Source: an uncultured Nitrospiraceae bacterium | GTDB taxonomy: Bacteria > Nitrospirota > Nitrospiria > Nitrospirales > Nitrospiraceae | Reading direction: 5' to 3' | DNA length: 64,000 nt | NCBI GenBank assembly: GCA_963706325.1 | Contig: CAVPLT010000001.1 | Coordinates: 160,001 to 224,000 of the forward strand | The notes under the pieces: model-generated | The model's database searches: none | The model's input: only the letters and a program-made list of their open reading frames with translations | Told to the model about the DNA's origin: nothing | Made by a program: the position numbers and the translations under genes | Part shown: positions 10,523 to 19,032 of the stretch, in pieces | Position numbering within the stretch: the stretch's first letter is position 1 | How the letters are laid out: each line of letters begins with the position of its first letter

Positions 10523-10592
10523 ACCGGTCCACACAGTAATATAAGCCTCTCTACTCCGTCAAGATCGAGGCCGATTCTTGACTGACAGCCAC

Positions 10593-12011
10593 TTACGTGC
10601 GCGACGCCTGCTCGATTCCCCATCGGAGTCTGAGCAAGGTACGCTCTCGTCCGAGCGCCTCCATCACTTCGAAGAGTCCAGGACTCGCCGTCCGACCGGT
10701 GAGGGCCACTCGTACTGGCTGGGCCAGTTGCCCCATTTTGATCCCCTCCTCTTCAACCAGCTTTTTGAAGGACTCTTCCCACACCTGCTTTGAGAACGTT
10801 GGGAATGCCTCAAATCTGGCCAGTAGTTTGGTCAGGATCGGCACAGAAGTGGCTGTCAGGAATTTCTTCGCCGCCTCTTCATCAAACACCACCTCTTCGC
10901 CGAAGTACGGAGTCACCCAGTGGACCATTTCCATCAGGGTTTTAGCTCGCTCCTTCACCAGCACCACCAGTTGGGCGAGCCATTCGGACGAGACGGCACG
11001 GACCTCGGTCGTGAGCCCGGCCTGTTCAAGCAAGGGCACAAGCGTCTGCGCGACCTGTTCCGGCGGACTGGTTTTGAGGTATTCGGCATTGAGCCACAAC
11101 AACTTGTCGGGGTTAAATATGGCCGCCGACGTCTGGACATTTTTCCATGAAAACTTCTGGATGAGTTCCTCTCGCGAGAACAGCTCTTGGTCTCCATGCG
11201 ACCAGCCCAACCGAACCAGATAGTTCACCATGGCATTGGGTAAGTACCCCATATCTCGATAGGCCATGATCGACGTGGCCCCATGGCGCTTCGACAAGCG
11301 TGCCTTATCGGGGCCAAGAATCATCGGCAAGTGCCCAAATTGCGGAAGCGGAAATCCTAGCGCCTGAAAAATTGGAATCTGCCGCGGAGTATTGGTCAGA
11401 TGGTCGTCACCTCGCACGACATGCGTGATACCCATTACGGCATCGTCCACTACCACGGAGAAATTATAAGTCGGATACCCGTTGGATCGAAGGATGACCA
11501 GGTCGTCCAGAATCTGGTTATCAAAGACCACGCGCCCCTTAATTAAATCATCGACGACCGTTTGCCCGGCCTGAGGAGCTTTGAAACGGAGGGCCGCCTC
11601 ACCGTTCGGTTTCTCTCGACCGAGATTCCGGCAGCGACCGTCGTATTTCGGCGACTGGCCCTTCGTCTCGGCTTCCTTCCGCCTCGCTTCAAGTTCCTCC
11701 GCCGTACAAATACACCAGTAGGCGTGTCCTTGCTCTAAGAGGCGCATCGCGTGGTTGCGATAAAGGTCCATCCGTTCAGTTTGCCGAAACGGACCTTCGT
11801 CCCAATCGAGATTGACCCAGCGCATGCCCTCAAGAATGGCTTGAATGGAGTCGTCGGTCGAGCGGCTTTGATCGGTGTCTTCGATGCGAAGAATGAAAAC
11901 TCCGTTCTGCTGTCGAGCAAACAACCAGTTGAACAAGGCGGTCCGCACCCCGCCGATATGGAGGAAACCGGTCGGACTGGGCGCAAATCGAACCCTGACC
12001 TGACTCATCAT
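10593..12011 (-). CDS. gltX: Glutamyl-tRNA synthetase
   Basis: RFAPSPTGFLHIGG, RIEDTD, LSKR motifs. Confidence 0.97.
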   Translation of the reverse strand: MMSQVRVRFAPSPTGFLHIGGVRTALFNWLFARQQNGVFILRIEDTDQSRSTDDSIQAILEGMRWVNLDWDEGPFRQTERMDLYRNHAMRLLEQGHAYWCICTAEELEARRKEAETKGQSPKYDGRCRNLGREKPNGEAALRFKAPQAGQTVVDDLIKGRVVFDNQILDDLVILRSNGYPTYNFSVVVDDAVMGITHVVRGDDHLTNTPRQIPIFQALGFPLPQFGHLPMILGPDKARLSKRHGATSIMAYRDMGYLPNAMVNYLVRLGWSHGDQELFSREELIQKFSWKNVQTSAAIFNPDKLLWLNAEYLKTSPPEQVAQTLVPLLEQAGLTTEVRAVSSEWLAQLVVLVKERAKTLMEMVHWVTPYFGEEVVFDEEAAKKFLTATSVPILTKLLARFEAFPTFSKQVWEESFKKLVEEEGIKMGQLAQPVRVALTGRTASPGLFEVMEALGRERTLLRLRWGIEQASRT

Positions 12012-12123
12012 GTCACCGTGGTTCTGGTGGAATTGTAAACGGGGCGCTATCTATACCATGACGTTAAAGTGAAGTACAGAAAGGGCAGTTCCAATCTGAA
12101 TCTGTTTTTGTTATGAACAGACG

Positions 12124-12822
12124 ATGGCTGAACCGACTCAAATCGCCCAAATAGTTTCGCTCAATGCTCTTACTCCGCACACGACAGAACTCGTACTCCG
12201 CCCACTCGATCACCCGATTTCTTTTAGGCCCGGGCAGTGGATTTCCCTTCAGTTGCCGGTGGGAGATCATCCGCCACTCAATCGTGCATACTCTCTCGCT
12301 GAGCCTCCGTCCCACATGGGCCATCTCACGCTTGTCTTCGACCATGTGCCAGGAGGGAAAGGCTCCGGCTATCTCTCTTCACTCAAACCAGGCACTCGCA
12401 TCCCACTGTCTGGCCCCTACGGACACTTCGTTCTTCCCGATCCAGACTCTAAGCATTTGCTGTTGATCGGGCACTACTCAGGCCTCGTCCCTCTTCGCTG
12501 CATGATCCGCTCGCTGGCAAACCTGGGCCCACTGCCTTCGACTACACTCATTGCTCAGGCTCCCAGCCCTACTGAACAGCTCTACCACGAGGAATTTCTG
12601 GCCTTGGCGGAAAACCAGCCTACCTTTCGCTATCTGCCGCTTGTGAACGAAGACCCCACAAACAACGTGGGAACAGTCGAGGCAATTAAACAGGTCACCT
12701 CGAATGGGCGAAATGTCGCCCCCATGATCGCCGGAATCAAGTCGTTTGCGCGCCCTCTGAGGACCTTTCTTATGGAACTGGGCTTCGATCGGCGGGAAGT
12801 TAAGCTGGAAACGTATGACTGA
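12124..12822 (+). CDS. FNR-like FAD-binding oxidoreductase
   Basis: FRPGQW, RAYS, GKGSGYL and GPYG motifs; NAD(P)-binding motifs are atypical. Confidence 0.8.
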   Translation: MAEPTQIAQIVSLNALTPHTTELVLRPLDHPISFRPGQWISLQLPVGDHPPLNRAYSLAEPPSHMGHLTLVFDHVPGGKGSGYLSSLKPGTRIPLSGPYGHFVLPDPDSKHLLLIGHYSGLVPLRCMIRSLANLGPLPSTTLIAQAPSPTEQLYHEEFLALAENQPTFRYLPLVNEDPTNNVGTVEAIKQVTSNGRNVAPMIAGIKSFARPLRTFLMELGFDRREVKLETYD

Positions 12823-12994
12823 TACCAGGAAGCTGGTGAGCGAGGAAGGGAATGATTTGGTCATTACACAATAAATTGTCGCACATTCTGCTTGAAGCCC
12901 TCCCTCAATCACCAATGATCACAGTACAATCAAACTGCGGAAGGCCGCGCCTTTCTCATGCATGTCGAGGAAAACTCGCCGCGCGCTCGCTGCG

Positions 12995-13411
12995 TTAATG
13001 GCCTTCCTTTGCCAAATTCTTATTAACGGCAGGAATTTCAACAACGATCTCCATCGTTCCATTGGGCACACACTGGCATCCAAGTCGTGACTGCAAGGTG
13101 GTGACAGGAGCTTCGTCCAGCTGATCGAACTCATCATCCGTGCCCTCATTGCACGTTTCCAGGCCCTTCTTTACCATCACGTGACAAGTTGAGCAGGCAC
13201 ACACCCCACCGCAGACATGTTCCAATTCAATGCCATTACCCAGGGCAATGTCGAGAATGCTTCCCGGAAGGCCTGTGGGACCATAGGGAATCTTACCCGG
13301 TTGAACCTCAACTCTCTTTTCGGTCTTATCAGGGAAAATAAAGGTCACGGAATAGGATTTAGTCGGTAGCTCAACGTCAGCCTTTTCAATATATGGATTT
13401 GTTCCGCCCAT
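12995..13411 (-). CDS. fdx: ISC-type [2Fe-2S] ferredoxin
   Basis: CGGVCACSTCH and SRLGCQ motifs. Confidence 0.9.
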   Translation of the reverse strand: MGGTNPYIEKADVELPTKSYSVTFIFPDKTEKRVEVQPGKIPYGPTGLPGSILDIALGNGIELEHVCGGVCACSTCHVMVKKGLETCNEGTDDEFDQLDEAPVTTLQSRLGCQCVPNGTMEIVVEIPAVNKNLAKEGH

Positions 13412-13528
13412 GTTAATCAGCCCCTTTTTTGCTCATGGATCATTTGGGTAAGAGATTACAAGTTAATCGCACACAAGTTGCTCTTATATCAAATGACCCA
13501 ATCCCTAGGTTTCCGACCCTACCTGCGC

Positions 13529-13602
13529 TTGACAGTATAAAAGATCACGTGATACCTTTTAATACGACTGAATAGATCGGAGATCATTTTAGTCTCCGAT
13601 CT
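13529..13602 (+). promoter_or_regulatory. isc operon promoter and probable Rrf2/IscR operator
   Basis: TTGACA (13529) with TACCTT 18 nt downstream; inverted repeat AGATCGGAGA-N9-TCTCCGATCT at 13574-13602. Confidence 0.55.
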
Positions 13603-13622
13603 CAACGATCGGCAATAGGCGC

Positions 13623-14102
13623 ATGTTGAAATTATCGAAAAAAGCAGATTACGGGCTGATGGCACTCCAGCATATTGCCGCCAACCAATACGGCGATGTT
13701 GCACGAGCTCGCGTCGTGAATACGAAAGAGATTGCAGAGGAGTACCACATTCCAGTGGAATTGCTGGCCAAAGTTCTACAAACCTTAGCCAAGCGCGGAC
13801 TCATCGAGAGCCACAATGGACCCAAGGGCGGCTATCTGCTCGGAAGAAACCCTCGGGAGATCACGATTGCTCAGGTGCTCGAAAGCCTGGAAGGTCCCCT
13901 CGGCATCATGGATTGTTCACACGAAAAAGAGGGCGATGCCTGCATGCAACGCGAGCACTGTAACATCAGAACGCCGCTGTTGAAAGTCCAGAACAGCATC
14001 TATCAACTGCTGAACAATATGACCTTGCAAGATATGATGGGGGGAACCCCACTCATCACCATTCAATCCGTCGCCACGGAACAACAAGGAGTCGAGCGAT
14101 GA
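13623..14102 (+). CDS. iscR: Rrf2-family regulator (IscR-like)
   Basis: [16 protein letters not shown], three C-terminal Cys; heads the isc operon. Confidence 0.8.
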   Translation: MLKLSKKADYGLMALQHIAANQYGDVARARVVNTKEIAEEYHIPVELLAKVLQTLAKRGLIESHNGPKGGYLLGRNPREITIAQVLESLEGPLGIMDCSHEKEGDACMQREHCNIRTPLLKVQNSIYQLLNNMTLQDMMGGTPLITIQSVATEQQGVER

Positions 14103-15316
14103 AGTTCCCCATTTATCTGGATAACCATTCGACTACCCCGATGGATCCTCGGGTGCTGGAATCCATGCTGCCCTATTTCACGGAAAAGTTTGGGAACTCC
14201 GCCAGCCGAAACCACGCATTCGGATGGGAAGCCGAAGAAGGTGTCGAAAACGCTCGGAAGCAGATTGCCAAGCTCATCCATGCGGACGCGAAAGAGATTG
14301 TCTTCACCAGCGGAGCGACAGAATCAGACAATCTCGCCTTGAAGGGCGTCACCGAGATGTACCACGAGAAGGGCGATCACATTATTACTTCGGCCACCGA
14401 ACATCGTGCGGTGCTGGATACAGCCAAAGCCCTGGAAGCGAAGCGCGGCGTCAAGGTCACCTACCTACCGGTTGATAAATTCGGTATGGTCACTCCGGAG
14501 GATGTCCGTAACGCCATCACTGACAAAACGATCCTGATCTCCATCATGTTTGCCAACAACGAAATCGGCACCATCAACCCGATCAAAGAGATCGGCAAGA
14601 TTGCGAAGGAAAAGGGTATTCTGTTTCATTGCGACGCGACTCAGGGCGTCGGAAAGGTCCCAATCGATGTCCAGGACATGGGTATCGACCTCATGTCTTT
14701 CAGCGCCCACAAGATTTACGGCCCCAAGGGCATCGGGGCTCTGTATGTCAGAAAAAAGAATCCCCGGGTTCGCATCGCGGCTCAAATGGACGGGGGCGGC
14801 CATGAGCGGGGCATGCGCTCCGGCACTCTCCCCGTCCCATTGATCGTGGGCTTCGGCAAGGCTTGCGAACTGTGCGAACAGGAAATGGCCGCCGACGGAG
14901 CGCGGCTCTCGGTCATGCGCGATCGTTTACATGCCAGCATCACGAAAGCGCTCGAAGAGGTATATTTGAACGGCCATCCGACACAGCGCCTCCCCCACAA
15001 CCTCAACGTCTCATTTGCATATGTCGAAGGCGAATCGCTTTTGATGGGCTGTAAAGAAATCGCCCTGTCTTCGGGGTCAGCCTGCACCTCGGCAACCCTT
15101 GAGCCGTCATACGTACTTCGGGCACTGGGCGTGGGGGCAGAACTCGCGCATTCTTCCATTCGATTCGGCCTGGGGCGCTTCACCCTCGACGAAGAGGTTG
15201 ACTATGCTGCAAAGAGAATTATCGAAGTGGTGACCAAACTCCGTGAAATGTCACCACTGTATGAAATGGCAAAAGAAGGCATCGACTTGAAGTCCGTGTC
15301 ATGGGCAGCACATTAA
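14099..15316 (+). CDS. iscS: Cysteine desulfurase
   Basis: [29 protein letters not shown]. Confidence 0.97.
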   Translation: MKFPIYLDNHSTTPMDPRVLESMLPYFTEKFGNSASRNHAFGWEAEEGVENARKQIAKLIHADAKEIVFTSGATESDNLALKGVTEMYHEKGDHIITSATEHRAVLDTAKALEAKRGVKVTYLPVDKFGMVTPEDVRNAITDKTILISIMFANNEIGTINPIKEIGKIAKEKGILFHCDATQGVGKVPIDVQDMGIDLMSFSAHKIYGPKGIGALYVRKKNPRVRIAAQMDGGGHERGMRSGTLPVPLIVGFGKACELCEQEMAADGARLSVMRDRLHASITKALEEVYLNGHPTQRLPHNLNVSFAYVEGESLLMGCKEIALSSGSACTSATLEPSYVLRALGVGAELAHSSIRFGLGRFTLDEEVDYAAKRIIEVVTKLREMSPLYEMAKEGIDLKSVSWAAH

Positions 15317-15358
15317 CCTGAAACATCACTACTGTGAGCGATACATTCGGAGGACACC

Positions 15359-15742
15359 ATGGCCTATAGCGAAAAAGTCGTCGACCACTTCAACAACCCC
15401 CGTAACGTGGGAAGTTTCAAAAAAGAAGAAGACGGAGTCGGCACCGGCATCGTCGGAGCCCCGGAATGCGGCGATGTCATGAAACTGCAGATCAAGGTTC
15501 AGAACGATACGATCGTCGACGCCAAGTTCAAGACCTTCGGGTGCGGATCGGCCATTGCCAGCTCGAGCCTCGCCACCGAATGGCTAAAGGGAAAAACCGT
15601 AGACGAGGCCGGGAAGATCAAGAACACCGACATCGTGCAGGAACTGAATCTGCCGCCGGTTAAGATCCATTGCTCAGTGCTGGCTGAAGATGCGATTAAA
15701 GCGGCCCTCGCCGACTATCAAAAGAAAGCCGATTCCAAGTAA
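15359..15742 (+). CDS. iscU: Fe-S scaffold
   Basis: GAPECGDVM, FGCGSAIASS, LPPVKIHC. Confidence 0.97.
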   Translation: MAYSEKVVDHFNNPRNVGSFKKEEDGVGTGIVGAPECGDVMKLQIKVQNDTIVDAKFKTFGCGSAIASSSLATEWLKGKTVDEAGKIKNTDIVQELNLPPVKIHCSVLAEDAIKAALADYQKKADSK

Positions 15743-15768
15743 CAAGAGGCAAGAGGAAGGAGCGCACT

Positions 15769-16128
15769 ATGGACGCCACGACGAGTACAGAGACTCAAGC
15801 GCCGGTCATCACACTGAGCGACGCAGCCTTAAAAGAAGTGAAGCGGCTCATCAATGTCCAAGGCATCGAGGAAGGCGGTCTCCGCCTTGGTGTCAAGGGA
15901 GGCGGCTGCTCCGGATTGAGCTATACAATCAACTTCGATGAAAAGATCGGTCAATACGATCAGGTGTACGAATTCGATGGTGTGAAGGTCATCGTAGATG
16001 CCAAGAGCGCCATCTACCTCCAGGGTACGCAGCTCGATTTTCAGAAAGACCTGATGGGTGGCCAATTCAAATTCGTCAATCCCAATGCCAACAAAACCTG
16101 CGGCTGCGGAGAATCTTTTTCGGCCTAA
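15769..16128 (+). CDS. iscA: A-type Fe-S carrier
   Basis: GGGCSG and CGCGESF. Confidence 0.93.
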   Translation: MDATTSTETQAPVITLSDAALKEVKRLINVQGIEEGGLRLGVKGGGCSGLSYTINFDEKIGQYDQVYEFDGVKVIVDAKSAIYLQGTQLDFQKDLMGGQFKFVNPNANKTCGCGESFSA

Positions 16129-16142
16129 TACGAGTATCGCCC

Positions 16143-16859
16143 ATGGATGGACATACCCCTACAACCGGTCCACGACGCGAGCTGCAGATGGCCCGCAGTA
16201 TGTGCTGGCACTGCCAATCTGAAGTGTCGGGAGAATATTTCTGCGACCGTTGCGTGAAAGTCCAGCCGGTTTCGAAAGACCTGGACTATTTTACTTGTTT
16301 TGGGCTTCTCAGACGGCTCGCCATCGATTCACAGACACTGGAAACCAAGTTCTACGAATTGAGCCGGGCATTCCATCCTGACTTTTATCAGAACAAAAGT
16401 GACGCGGAGCAGACGATCAGCCTCGGCAACTCGGCCATGCTGAACACCGCCTATCGCACCTTGCGAGACCCGATTCAACGAGCTGAATATTTACTGGACC
16501 TCGAGGCCGGCTCGGTGAAAGATATTCGAACGACTCCGCCCGCCGACCTTTTCGAAGAGATCCTCGAGCTGCAGGACACACTCGATGAATTCCGCGCGAG
16601 CGATCGTACCTCAGAAAGCGCGTCTACACTCCGCGCGAAACTCAATTTCGATCGGACCACGCTCGAGCAGCGGCAGCAAGATATGGAAACTCAACTCCAA
16701 CAGCTTTTCAGCCGCTGGGATGCGCTGCAAGATCGCGGCGAGGCCACAGAACAAGCGCGAACGGAACGAGACCGCATTCTCAAAGATATGCGGAATGTCC
16801 TCTCCAACCGCACCTATGTAAGCAACATCATCGACGATCTCATCGCAACGATCTCCTAA
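16143..16859 (+). CDS. hscB: Co-chaperone HscB with N-terminal tetracysteine motif
   Basis: J-domain HPD motif; CWHC...CDRC; position in the operon. Confidence 0.92.
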   Translation: MDGHTPTTGPRRELQMARSMCWHCQSEVSGEYFCDRCVKVQPVSKDLDYFTCFGLLRRLAIDSQTLETKFYELSRAFHPDFYQNKSDAEQTISLGNSAMLNTAYRTLRDPIQRAEYLLDLEAGSVKDIRTTPPADLFEEILELQDTLDEFRASDRTSESASTLRAKLNFDRTTLEQRQQDMETQLQQLFSRWDALQDRGEATEQARTERDRILKDMRNVLSNRTYVSNIIDDLIATIS

Positions 16860-16864
16860 CCACT

Positions 16865-18685
16865 ATGGCACGCATTGTCGGTATTGATCTTGGTACCACC
16901 AATTCTCTTGTCGCATACATGGACAAGGGAACGCCGCGCATCATCTCAGCACGCCATGAACGCGGGATGGTTCCCTCCGTCGTCTCCCTGACCGACAATG
17001 GCCTCATTGTCGGAGATCCGGCGAAGGAACATCTCACGAGAAATCCTGAACGCACAGTGTATTCCGTCAAACGTTTCATGGGCAAGAGTCTGTCCGACGT
17101 CCAAGACGAACTGGCCTATTTCCCCTACGCCCTCAGCGAAAAAGGCGGGGTCATTCGGATCAAGCTGGGGGAGAAGTCCTACTCGCCTCCGCAGATATCC
17201 GCCATGATCCTGAAAGAACTCAAGCTCCGGGCCGAAGCCTTCCTTGGAGAAAGCATCACCAAAGCCGTCATTACTGTGCCTGCCTACTTCAACGATAGTC
17301 AGCGGCAAGCGACCAAGGATGCGGGCATGATCGCCGGACTTGAAGTGTTGCGCATTATCAACGAACCGACCGCAGCCTCGCTGGCCTACGGGTTACAAAA
17401 AAAGACGCAGGGCACCATCGCTGTCTACGACCTGGGCGGCGGAACGTTCGACATCTCGATTCTGAAATTGAAAAGCGGCATCTTTGAGGTGCTCGCTACG
17501 CATGGCGACACACATCTTGGCGGCGACGACTTCGACCAGATACTTGCCGATCTAATGCTCGGTGAAATCCGCTCGCAATTCGGGATCGATCTCGGCAACC
17601 ATCCTGATCATATGCAGGGGCTTCGCCTAGAAGCCGAGCGCGCAAAAATTCGTCTTTCGAAGGAAGCCAGCACAGCCGTAGGCCTCGACCTTCCGGACGG
17701 CAAGAGCCGGTTCTCGCGCGAATTCACACGCAGTCAGCTTGAGAACCTTTGCGCCGCGTTGGTTGAACGTACACTCGGGCCCTGCCGCCTTGCCCTGAAA
17801 GATTCGGGACTAACCTCAAATGACATCGACGAAGTAGTGCTCGTCGGCGGTTCGACCCGCATGCCGCTGGTCCGCCAACAAGTGGAGTTTTTCTTCGGCA
17901 AACAACCGCACTGCGACTTAAATCCGGACGAAGTGGTCGCCCTCGGTGCCGCGGTGCAGGCCGACATTTTGAGCGGCGGCACGACCGATATGTTACTGCT
18001 TGACGTGACCCCGCTTTCATTAGGCATTGAGACCATGGGCGGGGTCATGAGCAGCTTGATTCGACGGAACACCACCATCCCCGCAAGCGCCAAGGAAATG
18101 TTCACCACCTATGTGGATGGCCAAACCGGAGTGGACATACATATCCTTCAGGGAGAGCGCGAACTGGCAACCGACAACCGCAGCCTGGCCCGTTTTCGAC
18201 TTAAGGTTCCGCCTTTGCCGGCAGGCGTTCCTCGCATAGAAGTGACCTTCCTGATCGATGCCAACGGCATCTTGAATGTCATGGCCAAAGACATGCGTAC
18301 CGGAGAGACCCAATCGATCGAGGTCAAACCGTCTTATGGATTGTCGGATCAAGAGGTCGAACGGATGATCGAAGATTCATTTAAGTTCGCCTCGGACGAT
18401 GTCAGCGCTCGAAAATTGATTGAAGCCCGACTCGATGCAGGGGCCCTGGTCACCACGTCCGAAAAATCATTAGCCGATGGCGGGCATCTCGTCGTCGAGG
18501 AGGAGATTGATGCCATTCGCCGCGCCCTCTCGGCATTGACCGCCTCCAAAGACGGGAACGATCCCCGAGCCATCCGCGCGTGCATGGCCGACCTCGAGCA
18601 GACAGCTAAAAGCCTCACCGCGGCCATGCTGAACGATTCGCTCAAGCGAGGACTCCAAGGCAAAAAGCTTTCTGATGTGACGTAA
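16865..18685 (+). CDS. hscA: Hsp70 chaperone HscA
   Basis: GIDLGTTNS, TVPAYF, DLGGGTFD; position in the isc operon. Confidence 0.9.
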   Translation: MARIVGIDLGTTNSLVAYMDKGTPRIISARHERGMVPSVVSLTDNGLIVGDPAKEHLTRNPERTVYSVKRFMGKSLSDVQDELAYFPYALSEKGGVIRIKLGEKSYSPPQISAMILKELKLRAEAFLGESITKAVITVPAYFNDSQRQATKDAGMIAGLEVLRIINEPTAASLAYGLQKKTQGTIAVYDLGGGTFDISILKLKSGIFEVLATHGDTHLGGDDFDQILADLMLGEIRSQFGIDLGNHPDHMQGLRLEAERAKIRLSKEASTAVGLDLPDGKSRFSREFTRSQLENLCAALVERTLGPCRLALKDSGLTSNDIDEVVLVGGSTRMPLVRQQVEFFFGKQPHCDLNPDEVVALGAAVQADILSGGTTDMLLLDVTPLSLGIETMGGVMSSLIRRNTTIPASAKEMFTTYVDGQTGVDIHILQGERELATDNRSLARFRLKVPPLPAGVPRIEVTFLIDANGILNVMAKDMRTGETQSIEVKPSYGLSDQEVERMIEDSFKFASDDVSARKLIEARLDAGALVTTSEKSLADGGHLVVEEEIDAIRRALSALTASKDGNDPRAIRACMADLEQTAKSLTAAMLNDSLKRGLQGKKLSDVT

Positions 18686-18705
18686 TTTGGAAACGAGGCA
18701 ATGCA

Positions 18706-18918
18706 ATGGATTTGAAATGGAGCGACACAGAAGAGTTAGCGATTCGTTTGGTTGAGGCCCACCCGACTACCGACCCCCTGACCGTACGTTTCACCGACAT
18801 GCACACCTGGATTGTCGCCCTTCCAGAATTTAAGGACGATCCTAAGACATCGAACGAGAAAACCCTCGAATCCATCCAGATGGCCTGGCACGAAGAGTAT
18901 CAAGACTCGCAGTCTTGA
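18706..18918 (+). CDS. iscX: IscX/YfhJ
   Basis: LKWSD..., VRFTDMH, LESIQMAW. Confidence 0.92.
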   Translation: MDLKWSDTEELAIRLVEAHPTTDPLTVRFTDMHTWIVALPEFKDDPKTSNEKTLESIQMAWHEEYQDSQS

Positions 18919-19032
18919 TTGATAGGTGATTGCCACTCCCCCTGACAAAACTTAACAGAGTGTTGGGGCGTGAGGGTGTTTCGTCTTGTACTTGCAGGGA
19001 GCCCATATGACGCCCCCGCAAGCACGCGGCGG

